Position numbers and translations under genes: made by a program. Below, in pieces: positions 10,265-20,800 of a stretch of 64,000 nt of DNA (position 1 is the first letter of the stretch; each line of letters opens with the position of its first letter). Origin of the DNA: Candidatus Hatepunaea meridiana (GTDB lineage: Bacteria > Electryoneota > AABM5-125-24 > Hatepunaeales > Hatepunaeaceae); NCBI GenBank assembly GCA_030765125.1, contig JAVCDD010000250.1, positions 14,800-78,799 of the forward strand, read 5' to 3'. The notes under the pieces were generated by a model. The model saw nothing but the letters and a program-made list of their open reading frames with translations, was not told where the DNA came from and did no database searches.

Positions 10265-11556
10265 TTATTTCCTTTTATACCAATATCATTTCGATACCGG
10301 ATACCTTCTATTTTTACCTCATTTATTGCTGCATAAGCAGTTTTAACAGCTTCTTCGTGCGTTTTACCTAATCCGGTAATTGCTAATATTCTACCACCGG
10401 ACGTAATAATATCCCCATCTTTAATATTTGTTCCAGCGTGAAAAGGTATTACTGTATCCGTTTCCTGTGGCAGATTTTCTATTTTCATACCTTTATTGTA
10501 GCTTCCGGGATATCCATCTGCAGCAACAACTACGGTCGCAGCGTATTCATCTCGTGTCAGTTTTTGCCAATCATTTGGTTTAAGATCGTTTTTTAACATC
10601 CAGTCACTTAAGCCACCTTCAGCAACAGCAATCATTATTTCAAGTGAGTCATACCTCAATATCGGTAATTGCACTTGAGTCTCCGGATCACCGAAGCGAC
10701 AGTTGAACTCAAGTACATTAAAGCCTTTATCAGTCAGCATCAAACCAGCATAAAGTAATCCTTTATATGGCGCACCTAACTCGGCAATTTTCTTTAAGAT
10801 AGGAGGAAAGACGGAATCGGCAATCGAACTTATATCTTCAGAGCTTAGATCATCAAGCGGTGAATAAGCGCCCATACCACCTGTGTTTGGACCTTGGTCG
10901 TTATCAAAGGCTCGTTTATGGTCACGAGATGGCGGCAGAAGCAGATAGTCCTCACCATCCACGAAAGCCATTAAGGATGTTTCAACCCCGATCAATCGCT
11001 CTTCAACAACGATTTCTTCACCTGCCTTACCGAATTTCTTCAGCGAAAGCATTGCATTAGCAGCCGAAATTGCCTCATCAGCGTTTTTACAAATAATAAC
11101 GCCTTTACCTGCAGCCAATCCAGAGGCTTTTACAACAATTTTGTAATCTATAGTCCGAATATGATCTTTTGCCATCTCCAATGAACTGAAAACAACGTAA
11201 TCAGCAGTAGGAATTCCCGCTCCATGCATTAAAATTTTGGCAAAACTTTTTGAGCCTTCGATATTTGCTGCTTTCAGTTTTGGTCCAAACACAAGACAAC
11301 CATTATTCTCAAGCATATCCGTAAGTCCCGCAACTAACGGCACTTCATGACCGATAATTGTAAAATCAATTCTCTTATCTCTAACGTATTCAAGAACAGC
11401 CGCAGATATGTTTATATCAAGGTCAACGTTCTCTGCTATCCCAGCCGTTCCACCGTTGCCGGGTGCGCAGTAAATTTCCGGCTCTAATTTGCTCCTTGAA
11501 CAAGCCCAGGCTAAGGTATGTTCCCTTCCCCCCGAACCGATAATCAATACTTTCAT
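10261..11556 (-). CDS. purD: Phosphoribosylamine--glycine ligase
   Basis: MKVLIIGSGGREHTLAWA N-terminus, an ATP-grasp core and the C-terminal ITSGGRILAITGLG block typical of PurD. Confidence 0.95.
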   Translation of the reverse strand: MKVLIIGSGGREHTLAWACSRSKLEPEIYCAPGNGGTAGIAENVDLDINISAAVLEYVRDKRIDFTIIGHEVPLVAGLTDMLENNGCLVFGPKLKAANIEGSKSFAKILMHGAGIPTADYVVFSSLEMAKDHIRTIDYKIVVKASGLAAGKGVIICKNADEAISAANAMLSLKKFGKAGEEIVVEERLIGVETSLMAFVDGEDYLLLPPSRDHKRAFDNDQGPNTGGMGAYSPLDDLSSEDISSIADSVFPPILKKIAELGAPYKGLLYAGLMLTDKGFNVLEFNCRFGDPETQVQLPILRYDSLEIMIAVAEGGLSDWMLKNDLKPNDWQKLTRDEYAATVVVAADGYPGSYNKGMKIENLPQETDTVIPFHAGTNIKDGDIITSGGRILAITGLGKTHEEAVKTAYAAINEVKIEGIRYRNDIGIKGNK

Positions 11557-11703
11557 TCTTCAATCCTGTAGTCAAACATTATTACCTCCAATGTCACCAA
11601 AACAATTTCGATTGATTCTGTGTTCTTTAACATGATATCCGCTTCATGATGCCAATTTATTGAGCCTTTACGACTTATTCAACAGGGCTCGATAAATCGG
11701 CCC

Positions 11704-13704
11704 CTACGCGGAACTTGTGATTTCTTTGCCGCGCAACGACCAGATTTCATCCCTTATCCTTGTAGCGCGCTCAAAGTCCAGCTTCTCAGCGGCAATTCCC
11801 ATTTCTTTGGTTAGTCCTTCGATGATCTCTTCACGTTCCCAATCGGCAATCATATTTCTGTGCTCAGCCTTAACGCTCTTTTGAGTCGATCTACCTTCAG
11901 CAGCCGTTGTTTGTAATAATATCTCCTCTACCGACTTGCGAATGGTGCGTGGCGTAATATTGTGCTTTTTATTATACTCCGCCTGTACTTTACGCCTGCG
12001 ATTGGTTTCCTCGATAACTTTCCGCATCGATTCAGTTACCCTATCAGCGTAAAAGATAACTGTTCCTGCTTCGTGGCGCGCTGCCCGACCAGAGGTCTGC
12101 ATAAGCGATCTTTCACTGCGCAGGAAACCTTCCTTATCAGCGTCAAGTATGGCTACCAATGAAACCTCAGGCAGATCGAGTCCTTCGCGCAAGAGGTTTA
12201 TTCCAACCAGAACATCAAACTCGGCTAATCTTAAGCCCCGTAATATTCCCACGCGATCCAATGATTTTATCTCACTATGCAGGTAGCGTACCTGCACGCC
12301 TGCCTTTGACAGGTATTCTGTCAAATCTTCTGACATCCGTTTAGTTAAAGTAGTCACTAAGACCCGTTCGCTTCGCTCAACTCTGATCTGAATCTCTTCA
12401 AGCAAATCGTCAATCTGTCCCTCACTTGGTCGAACGATTATTTCCGGATCCATTATTCCGGTAGGTCGAATAATCTGCTCGACTATAACTCCACCGGATT
12501 TCTCAATCTCATAATCAGCAGGTGTAGCTGAAACAAAAACAGCCCGTGAGATGTGTGCTTCCCACTCCTCTTGAGTTAATGGACGATTATCCAATGCAGA
12601 TGGTAATCGAAAACCATATTCTACCAGAACTCGTTTGCGGGATTGATCACCTCCGATCATACCCCTTATTTGGGGTACTGCAACATGTGATTCATCAACG
12701 ATCAACAGGAAATCATCTGGAAAATAGTCCAGCAAAGTTGAAGGCGGCTTTCCAGAAGCTCTATCTGACAAATGACGGGAATAGTTTTCAATACCATTAC
12801 AGTATCCTACTTCAGCGAGCATTTCCAGATCGAAATTAGTCCGCTGTTCTATTCGTTGTGCTTCGAGAAGTTTACCTTCAGACTTTAACTCAGCAACTCG
12901 CACGGTTAATTCATTACTGATTTTAACAATAGCTTCCTTCAAGCGCGCAGGTGTTGTAATGAAATGCTTTGCCGGATAAACGACGCAACGCTCGAGGTCT
13001 TCCAACTTGGCGCCATTTATAATATTGAAGCGATAGATTCCAACTACTTCATCCCATTCAAGTTCAATATGCAATCCATAATCATCATAAGCCGGGTGAA
13101 TTTCAATCAATTCACCTCTGACTCGAAAAGTTCCACGACTAAATTCAATATCGTTGCGATTATATTGGATATTAATGAGTGATTCAAGCAATTTGCGCCG
13201 CGTAATCACCTGTCCTTTTTCAAGTAACAACAACTGTTCACTATATTCTTCCGGTGAACCAAGTCCGAATATTGACGAGACCGACGCCACAATAATCACA
13301 TCATTGCGTTCAAACAAACTGCTGGTAGCTCGCAAACGCAGCTTGTCAATTTCTTCGTTTACTGAAGCATCTTTCTCTATATAGACATCACTATGAGGAA
13401 TATATGCTTCCGGTTGATAATAGTCATAATAACTGATAAAGAATTCAACCGCATTTTCAGGGAAAAACCCTTTAAATTCACCATATAACTGCGCAGCAAG
13501 GGTTTTGTTGTGAGACATGACCAATGTTGGTCGCTGCCATTTCTCGATCACGTTAGCAATAGTAAATGTCTTACCCGATCCGGTTACGCCGAGCAGAGTC
13601 TGAAACTTATCATTATTCTCAAGTCCTTGAACGAGCTTATCAATCGCCTGTTGCTGGTCGCCATGCGGACCGAAATCACTTACCAGTTTGAAATGTTTAC
13701 TCAA
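11704..13704 (-). CDS. uvrB: Excinuclease ABC subunit B
   Basis: GDQQQAI, Walker [13 protein letters not shown] box (VDESHV), helicase motifs and a C-terminal UVR domain ([13 protein letters not shown]). Confidence 0.97.
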   Translation of the reverse strand: MSKHFKLVSDFGPHGDQQQAIDKLVQGLENNDKFQTLLGVTGSGKTFTIANVIEKWQRPTLVMSHNKTLAAQLYGEFKGFFPENAVEFFISYYDYYQPEAYIPHSDVYIEKDASVNEEIDKLRLRATSSLFERNDVIIVASVSSIFGLGSPEEYSEQLLLLEKGQVITRRKLLESLINIQYNRNDIEFSRGTFRVRGELIEIHPAYDDYGLHIELEWDEVVGIYRFNIINGAKLEDLERCVVYPAKHFITTPARLKEAIVKISNELTVRVAELKSEGKLLEAQRIEQRTNFDLEMLAEVGYCNGIENYSRHLSDRASGKPPSTLLDYFPDDFLLIVDESHVAVPQIRGMIGGDQSRKRVLVEYGFRLPSALDNRPLTQEEWEAHISRAVFVSATPADYEIEKSGGVIVEQIIRPTGIMDPEIIVRPSEGQIDDLLEEIQIRVERSERVLVTTLTKRMSEDLTEYLSKAGVQVRYLHSEIKSLDRVGILRGLRLAEFDVLVGINLLREGLDLPEVSLVAILDADKEGFLRSERSLMQTSGRAARHEAGTVIFYADRVTESMRKVIEETNRRRKVQAEYNKKHNITPRTIRKSVEEILLQTTAAEGRSTQKSVKAEHRNMIADWEREEIIEGLTKEMGIAAEKLDFERATRIRDEIWSLRGKEITSSA

Positions 13705-14114
13705 CCCGATATTCTCGTCCTATACAGTTTATGATTAACAAACTTCAAGACTTCCTCAGCTTTTCTTGTCGCATTGAATGCTTCATCATAAGATATTTCA
13801 CGCCAGTCATCAGTATAGCGGACAGTGACAGCATAAGGGCTTAACTCATCTGCAAAAGCATAGAATTGCTCGAATTCTTGATCGTTTTGAGTACACAAGT
13901 AAATCAGATATGATAAGTTATGTGTTTTCTCTATATGTTTCCCAGAAAATACCAGATAAGCCTTAAGACATTTCTCAATGCATTGCTGAGCATGGAAACA
14001 AATCATATCCGTTAAATCCGGTCGATATTCAAGCAAGCTTTGGGCTGCTTTGATATTGTGATTTGCTTTAAGCATCCATCGTTCAATATTCAAATTGAGG
14101 GCATCTTCATCCAT
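13701..14114 (-). CDS. HEPN-domain protein (toxin partner of the adjacent nucleotidyltransferase)
   Basis: HEPN-like helices with KTHNLSYL and VTVRYTD motifs. I shortened the track ORF to the ATG at 14114, which overlaps the MNT stop by 8 nt (ATGGATGA). The ATG at 14129 is an alternative start. Confidence 0.7.
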   Translation of the reverse strand: MDEDALNLNIERWMLKANHNIKAAQSLLEYRPDLTDMICFHAQQCIEKCLKAYLVFSGKHIEKTHNLSYLIYLCTQNDQEFEQFYAFADELSPYAVTVRYTDDWREISYDEAFNATRKAEEVLKFVNHKLYRTRISG

Positions 14115-14415
14115 AAATAATGACTCCATTTTCTGTAACTTCCCGCTCGAGAGTATTAGCAATATCTTTGAATTTCGCGATTTCACTCGTTGTCAAAACC
14201 AATAGATCTAAAGCAAAATTCGGCGGTCTGAACAATCCGCGAATTCCTATATCAACTTCACGTTTTGACATCGGACCATCATAGACGATCACTAAATCGT
14301 AATCGCTGTCCGGTCTATAATTCCCCCGCGCCCTTGAACCGAACAGGATTATCTTTGCCGGGTCGATGTGTGCGGTGATTTTTTGTACTATTTCAGTGAG
14401 TAGATTATCCATCAA
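14107..14415 (-). CDS. Minimal nucleotidyltransferase (MNT/Pol-beta superfamily), HEPN partner
   Basis: ILFGSRARG ... DSDYDLVIV matches the GS-x10-DxD nucleotidyltransferase signature. The protein is 102 aa and lies directly upstream of the HEPN gene. Confidence 0.8.
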   Translation of the reverse strand: MMDNLLTEIVQKITAHIDPAKIILFGSRARGNYRPDSDYDLVIVYDGPMSKREVDIGIRGLFRPPNFALDLLVLTTSEIAKFKDIANTLEREVTENGVIIYG

Positions 14416-14424
14416 ATGTCCTTT

Positions 14425-14691
14425 CTAAAACCGTTTTCGATAAACATCGTTACTCTTACCTATCCTGATTATAATAATCACTAATTCCATATCTTCTATT
14501 GTATATATAATTCGATAATCACCAATTCGAATTCGGAATAAATCATCCTCTCCCTTAAGCTTTCTCATACCGGGCGGACGTGGAACAATTTTCAAATACT
14601 CAATTCGCGAAAGAATCCGATTTCGAATAGACACAGGTAACTTGTCAAGAGTCTTCTCTATCGATGGTGGAATAATAAGAGTGTAGGTCAT
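14425..14691 (-). CDS. RelE/ParE-family type II toxin
   Basis: 88 aa starting at MTYTLIIPPSIEKTLDKLP, with ... FRIRIGDYRIIYTIED ... typical of RelE/ParE. Its ATG overlaps the upstream stop as TAATG. Confidence 0.8.
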   Translation of the reverse strand: MTYTLIIPPSIEKTLDKLPVSIRNRILSRIEYLKIVPRPPGMRKLKGEDDLFRIRIGDYRIIYTIEDMELVIIIIRIGKSNDVYRKRF

Positions 14692-14921
14692 TATAGACCG
14701 CACTTCGCCTTATACTCCTCAAGCGTAATACCTTCACCCGTCCGTCGGTATTCTTCGAGAACCTTTTTAGCTTCTTCAATATCAGCTTGATCTTCAAGTT
14801 CTTCGACGAAATCTTCACGTAACTCACCATCTGTTTGAAGCCACTCTTCAAGTCGCTGGTCGATAATATCCGTTATTAATGTGGTTAATTGTTCAACTGT
14901 CAGGTCTGAAATTCTTGTCAT
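14691..14921 (-). CDS. Putative antitoxin of the RelE-family toxin (small acidic protein)
   Basis: 76 aa counted from the second ATG, which is preceded by AAGGAG at a 5-nt spacing. It is translationally coupled to the toxin gene. No family was recognised by eye. Confidence 0.5.
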   Translation of the reverse strand: MTRISDLTVEQLTTLITDIIDQRLEEWLQTDGELREDFVEELEDQADIEEAKKVLEEYRRTGEGITLEEYKAKCGL

Positions 14922-14948
14922 GTTTGCTCCTTGTGTGGACATTCTTTA

Positions 14949-15191
14949 TTAAGCGATTCCCAAGCAATCCTCGATAACACGCATTGCTTCCACATCAAAG
15001 AAGTCCGCTTTGCACGAAGAGCACTGCCATCGTTCAAGGTTTGGGATGAGCGTTCCATCTAACAGCTTGCAGTCATCTTTGATCCTGATCATGCTCATTT
15101 GACCACATTCCGGACAGGTAAGTATTACATCTTTTATCTGCGTTTCAGTTCTGACTCCAATTCGTGAAACGCTTTGAAGAGATAAGGACAT
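14949..15191 (-). CDS. Small zinc-ribbon protein (YgiT/MqsA-N-terminal-like, CPxCG ... CxxC)
   Basis: I trimmed the track ORF to the ATG at 15191, preceded by GGAGG. Two Cys pairs are present, CPECG and CSSCK. It lies directly upstream of the antitoxin/RelE pair. Confidence 0.5.
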   Translation of the reverse strand: MSLSLQSVSRIGVRTETQIKDVILTCPECGQMSMIRIKDDCKLLDGTLIPNLERWQCSSCKADFFDVEAMRVIEDCLGIA

Positions 15192-15334
15192 AGTAGTATT
15201 CCTCCTTATCTTGTTTAGATATTTTTCCTTTAGTATAGAAAGCCATACCGGAAATGTTAAACCGTTTATCACGTACAACGTTTCCTTTTTACTGGTAATT
15301 GAAATTTATAAGTTTGCGTAATAGTTATAACGAT

Positions 15335-16459
15335 TTACTCGATTTCCAAAACAAAATACAATTGTACATCATCTGTCCAATCTGTCCAATCACCTAATTT
15401 AAATCTACTTCCCCAGTTGTAACCTTGATTAGAAGTTCCCCATAAGTTGACATAATGTTCACCGGCAAAACCATTTGGTTGTTCCTTATGCCAGTTGAGA
15501 TAAGTCACATTTTCTCCTGTTATCCATTCCCATTTACCTTCTTTTTTATAATCTGTTAGACCGATCCACACCGACCAATTTCGCATAACCGCCCCTTTGC
15601 TGCACATTTTGTTTTCTTTGGAATTAGCTATAGTAACCAAATGACCATTGTGTTCTTCGCATATTTTTTTAGCATTCCACCAGGAATTCTTACTTTTCGA
15701 TACCCAATATTCACGATTACCAATTTTTCCTACAAAATTAAAACTCTTTTTGCACCGTTCTATGATTGAGTTAGTCTTGGCGTTCTCAATATCGATCATT
15801 GACACAACCGAAGCGATTTCAATCGGATAAACCACCGCTGTCATCTCAACCGAATAAGCCGATGTTCCCTCAATAAAATGCCCATCCGAATACTTAACTT
15901 GGTGCATCAGTGGTAGCAATAAAGACTTTTTTACTTTCTTCAGTCTATCATCATAGTCGATTAATGCAGTTATTCGAGCCTGGATCTTTGCTTCTTCCTG
16001 AACCTGTTTCACAGTCAAATTCGGATCGGCAACCACCACCTTCTTGGTCAGTGTCCTCGGCTTGAACTTCTCCAGATCATCATCCGTGACGTAAGCTTCA
16101 ATCGAAACGCATATCTCGCCCAGGCTTACGCCCTGATGGTATTTCGGATCCCCCTTCAACCGGACGAAACCTAACGACGTCGTTTCAATCTGCTGCATAA
16201 AATCATCGGAAATGCTCTCGACGCCGTCCTTAATTTTCGATGATTTCTCCATTCTACTGAAGCCGCGGATATACTCGCCGAATATCTCATCTACAGCCGC
16301 TTTCTTTGCCATATTGAGCAGGACGGTTTTTGCTTCGTCTATTGACTTGTAATGATTGCCGAAAGCGGATATGCTGGCGGTTTTAGTTACGGTCTTGTCC
16401 GCGAAACATAGTGTTGTCAATATCAATATGATAATAAAAGATTTTATAAAAACCTTCAT
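15335..16459 (-). CDS. Secreted protein with an LPP20-like N-terminal region and a C-terminal C-type lectin domain
   Basis: Signal peptide present. The C-terminus reads WWNAKKICEEHNGHLVTIANSKEN ... WIGLTDYKKEGKWEWITGENVTYLNWHKEQPNG ... W.DW. This follows the C-type lectin pattern W-x-x-A-x-x-x-C ... hL(A/V)xI ... WIGL(T/S)D ... W.W.dG ... nW ... EPN. Confidence 0.7.
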   Translation of the reverse strand: MKVFIKSFIIILILTTLCFADKTVTKTASISAFGNHYKSIDEAKTVLLNMAKKAAVDEIFGEYIRGFSRMEKSSKIKDGVESISDDFMQQIETTSLGFVRLKGDPKYHQGVSLGEICVSIEAYVTDDDLEKFKPRTLTKKVVVADPNLTVKQVQEEAKIQARITALIDYDDRLKKVKKSLLLPLMHQVKYSDGHFIEGTSAYSVEMTAVVYPIEIASVVSMIDIENAKTNSIIERCKKSFNFVGKIGNREYWVSKSKNSWWNAKKICEEHNGHLVTIANSKENKMCSKGAVMRNWSVWIGLTDYKKEGKWEWITGENVTYLNWHKEQPNGFAGEHYVNLWGTSNQGYNWGSRFKLGDWTDWTDDVQLYFVLEIE

Positions 16460-16484
16460 TTTATAGATGTCTCCTTTTAAAAAT

Positions 16485-17771
16485 CTAAATCACAATCCCT
16501 TCCGAATGACGAAACTCCCGACTAACTTTATATGGTCTCAAATCAACGTTCCCAAAACCGGGTAATTCAATAGTTTCCACATCCTCACCAGCTTTAATCA
16601 ATTCAGCAACAATCCGAGATGAAAATGGGGCATGCATAAGTCCGTGTCCGCTAAAACCAGCAACGTGAATAAGGTTCTTTACATTCGGGTCAAACCCGAT
16701 TAAGGGATTGTGATCTTCAGTATCGGCATAAAAACCTGTAGTAACAGCCTCAATCCTGCCAATTTCAGCGGCGGCGAACAAGTAATTAGCGATTTCTTTA
16801 CGAACAGCAGCAGCATAACCACCCATATCCGACGCTTCAAACCCCGGTTCTATATCATCCTGATTATCGAAATCCGGTACGACTCCATCAGTGTATTGCA
16901 GCCATCCCATCATTAATTGCTCATTATCCGGATGGCAATAGGCGCCTTGTGGTGTGATAATCATTGGCATAGCAACGAAATCATCGGTTGATAATCCATA
17001 ATCGTCACTGTTACCCTTTAGCCCCTTTAGAAAATATAAATACCTCCTCCTATTTATAATAGGTAAATCATATCCTCCAAATAATCCCGATACCAGCTGT
17101 GCCCAGGAGTTGGTTGCATTGATGAAATAGTCAGCTTGTAATACCATCCCCGTTTCAAGTTCAACCTTTAAGGCTTTCCCTCCCGATACTTCAGCTTTAA
17201 CCGCTTCATTATTCTGAATTACTTCAATACCGTTTTTCTTTGCAGCTTCAGCGCCATCCTGGTATATCAGATGCGGAAACAAAAACCCGTCTTTTGGACA
17301 CCAGGTCGCACCAATTATACCAGTAATTTCGAGATAAGGAAATTTCTCCTCTATTTGCTCCGGTTCCATCCACTCCACTTCTTTCAGACCGGCAGAATTC
17401 TGCATCGCAACTCTGTCCCGAATTTCTCTTTTATTATGTATATAGCTGTAAAGGAATAAATAACCGTCCTGCCTGATCGGAGATTCAGAAGCGCCGACAA
17501 TCTCACACCAGTTCTCATAAATATAGATAGCATATCTCATCCCTCGAACAGTACTTGGCGTACTGAACTGAGCGCGTATAGCCGCTGCAGAACGCTGACT
17601 TGAACCACTGCCCAACGATCTTGCTTCAACCAATGTAACCTTGTGACCTATCCGTGAAAGTTCCCACGCCGTCATTACGCCTGTGACTCCTCCTCCGATC
17701 ACGACAATATTTTTCGCTTGATCTTTTACTGGTGGTATATTTATATTTGTTGGATGTGAGTCTGACATCAT
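16485..17771 (-). CDS. FAD-dependent oxidoreductase (DAO family; glycine/sarcosine/D-amino-acid oxidase-like)
   Basis: N-terminal dinucleotide fold VVIGGGVTGVMTAWEL and the C-terminal AGFSGHGLMHAP motif typical of the DAO family. Confidence 0.8.
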   Translation of the reverse strand: MMSDSHPTNINIPPVKDQAKNIVVIGGGVTGVMTAWELSRIGHKVTLVEARSLGSGSSQRSAAAIRAQFSTPSTVRGMRYAIYIYENWCEIVGASESPIRQDGYLFLYSYIHNKREIRDRVAMQNSAGLKEVEWMEPEQIEEKFPYLEITGIIGATWCPKDGFLFPHLIYQDGAEAAKKNGIEVIQNNEAVKAEVSGGKALKVELETGMVLQADYFINATNSWAQLVSGLFGGYDLPIINRRRYLYFLKGLKGNSDDYGLSTDDFVAMPMIITPQGAYCHPDNEQLMMGWLQYTDGVVPDFDNQDDIEPGFEASDMGGYAAAVRKEIANYLFAAAEIGRIEAVTTGFYADTEDHNPLIGFDPNVKNLIHVAGFSGHGLMHAPFSSRIVAELIKAGEDVETIELPGFGNVDLRPYKVSREFRHSEGIVI

Positions 17772-17886
17772 ATTATATTAATAATTCCATTGATATCGTA
17801 AGATTATTTAGTTTCTGTTGAAAAAGTCCCTCTTCCGTATTCCCGCCATTAGGAATGAAGGAAGAGTAGCATATTATAATAGTGTG

Positions 17887-20800
17887 TTATTTATCTTCCA
17901 TATCAGCAATCATTGGTTCAATTACATTCACATCTCTTAGCATCCCGGCACGCTTAGCTACACCAAGTGTATTCTTCAATATCTCAAGAAGTTCATCCTT
18001 CTTTTCACCTTTTTCAAGCAGAATTCTCACCAACGCTATTTGTCCCATAATATATGTTTCGGGATCTTTAGCAGATTTGGCTTCAGCTATTCCATCCTCC
18101 AGTGGCTTTTCATCCCCATCTCGTAATAAACTTATCCAACCTAAACCAACTTTTGCCGATGCCAACCCAATTTTATTACCAAGCGTTTTAGCTATCTCGA
18201 ATGCAGTATTAAATTCTGTTTCAGCTTGTTCGAACTCGCCAATATCTATGAGAACGAAACCAAGATAACGCCTGGCATAGTCTTCAGCTAATTTATACTT
18301 AACTTCAACCGATGCCCTGACGGCTTGCTCCAATGTATCTCTGGCTTCATCAAGATCACCACTACGATGAAGATATTGACCAATATTAAGCATCCATTGC
18401 GTTTCCTCCGCTCGCAGACCTAAATCTCGTGCAATCTCTAACACTTGTTCGCAATATGAAATCGCTGTACTATAATCGCCACCATCAGCATACCATCTGC
18501 CGATATTGCCTAAAGTTGAAATTTGACCACGACGATAACCCATTACCTTTTCAATAGACAGCTTTTCCTGATATGTATTAATCGCTCGCTGACGTTCTCC
18601 CTGACGTTGATATATTACAGCCAGATTTCCCAGATTCCGAGTTTGAACCTCCTTCCAACCAATACTGTAACTTAATTCATAAGCCTGTTTATATGCCTCT
18701 AACGCTTTGTCGAAATCACCTCGTTGATGGTGAAGTACGCCAATATTACCGAGGTTCACAGCCTCAGATTTTTTATTTCCTGCATCCTGGCTAATAACAA
18801 CTGATCTATTATAATAATCCAAAGCTTTATCCAGATATCCCAAGCTTTTATAAGTGAGACCAACGTTTGTCAAGGCAGTTATTTGACCGAAAGTATCATT
18901 GACAGATTCAGCTTCATCGAGCGCTTCTAATAAATATTCTAATCCTTCTTTAAACTTGTTCTGAAGAAAGAAACACTGCCCCATTTTTGATTTAAGGTTA
19001 ATACGCCCCCTTGGGTAATCAAAATGTTTGAGAACTTCCAGAGCTCTATCCAACACCTCATTCATCGTTTCCAGATCAGCAACCTTCTTATAATAACTTG
19101 CCTGGTCATCCAGTATGTTTACTTGTTTTTTCAGATCCCCTTGTTTATTGGCAATTTCAAACGCTTCATCAAGATCATTTTTAAATTGATCGTTCATGCC
19201 CAGAATACCGTATACTTTCGAGCGCATCTTAAGAAGCCAATAACTATCTTCCAGGTTTTGATCAGCAACAGCACGTTTATAAGCCATTGTGAAGAATGAA
19301 GCTGCACTTTCGTTTGCATATAAATCGTAGGATTTGCTACCGGCTATTTTTAAATATTTTACCGCTCTTTCGTTATCTTCCGATTGGTAAAAATGCCGTC
19401 CTAACTCCTCACACCTTTCATTAATTGAGTCACTAAACATCTCTTCAAGACATAATCCTACCCTGTTGTGATAATCACGACGATGCGCAAACAAGAGACT
19501 ATCATAAGCTACGTCTCTTGTTAATAAATTCTTGAAGATATAGTTGAATAATTCAGCATCACTTATTGAGTTTACTAATTCCTGAATCGAAAGTTCTTTA
19601 ACAGATTTCAAGATAGCTTCCGGATCAATATCTACCGGATAAGCCCTTTTAACGACCTCTTCAGAAAAACGACGACCAATTACAGCAGCAATTGTAACAG
19701 TCAGTTTAGCTTCAGTCCCAAGACGGTCTAACTGGCTCATTATTAAGCTATTCAGGGAATCCGGAACTTCAACATCCGACAAATCGCCTTCCTTTTCAGC
19801 TCGAATGCCTGTTCCATCAACTTCAGGTATTAACTTAATATTACCTAAGTTTTTGAGATTGTTAATAAGCTCTTCAGTAAATGAAGCATTGCCGTGCGAA
19901 GCATCGAACATGAAGTCTATCAGCTCGGTGTTAATAGAATTGGCTCCCAAACAACTGAGTGCAAATTTTTCAGATATATCTTTATCAAACTCACTAACGG
20001 AAATACGTTTTGCAACATCACTCTTTTCTATTTCATTAATATAAGGAGAAGTGAAATCACGACCATACGACCTTCTTATTATTACAAACAGGATGGGATA
20101 ATCTGACAGGTTGCGCAATAAATACGCAATTAGCTCCAGGGAATTCCTATCAATCCACTGTGAATCTTCAAAGAAAAATGCAACGGGTGTTTTTGCAGTA
20201 ATATACTTAAAGTACTGCACCAGGAAATCATACATATTTTCTTGGCGTAATTGAGCATCGAAGTTTTGCGTGAATTCATTTTCGGGACAGGTAATACCAA
20301 GCAAACTGGCAATAATAGGCGTTCTGAATGTATGTTCCGGATCTACTTCTTTTACAACTACTTCTAATTGAGAAAGGTTGTCTTCTGCCTTGAAAACAGT
20401 GGATAATCCTATTAAATCTCTTAATATTGATATCCATATAAGATAAGGAGATTGTTTGGCATAGCTAAGTGCCTCACCTCCAGCAGTGCGAAATCCCTTT
20501 TCATTGACTGAACGAAGCGCTTCTTGAGATAAGCGGCTTTTTCCTATTCCTGCCGTTCCTTTTATGACAAGAACTCTAAGATGTTGATCTAATACATCCA
20601 TTATTGATGATGTGATTTCCTGCATCTCAGTGTCGCGTCCGATGATTGGCTTGTCAATACCGAATTCTACCTGTGAAGTCTTAGCCTTAATACCCAAAGG
20701 TTCAAAAGTGGGAAGTGGTTTGGAAATACCCTTAAACTGGTGTTTAATAGGATCTGAATATTCAAAGAAATCGGAAGTTCGATTATATGTTGCTACGTCT

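Noticed and set aside
14645-14851. 68-aa ORF overlapping the RelE toxin and antitoxin genes
   Set aside because: It is out of frame with two tightly coupled, motif-supported genes, and its K/R-rich low-complexity translation looks spurious.
15335-15760. Diversity-generating retroelement targeting the lectin-domain C-terminus
   Set aside because: There is no reverse transcriptase gene and no nearby template repeat resembling the 3-prime end of the gene. The domain looks like a classical C-type lectin domain, not the DGR-type CLec/FGE fold.
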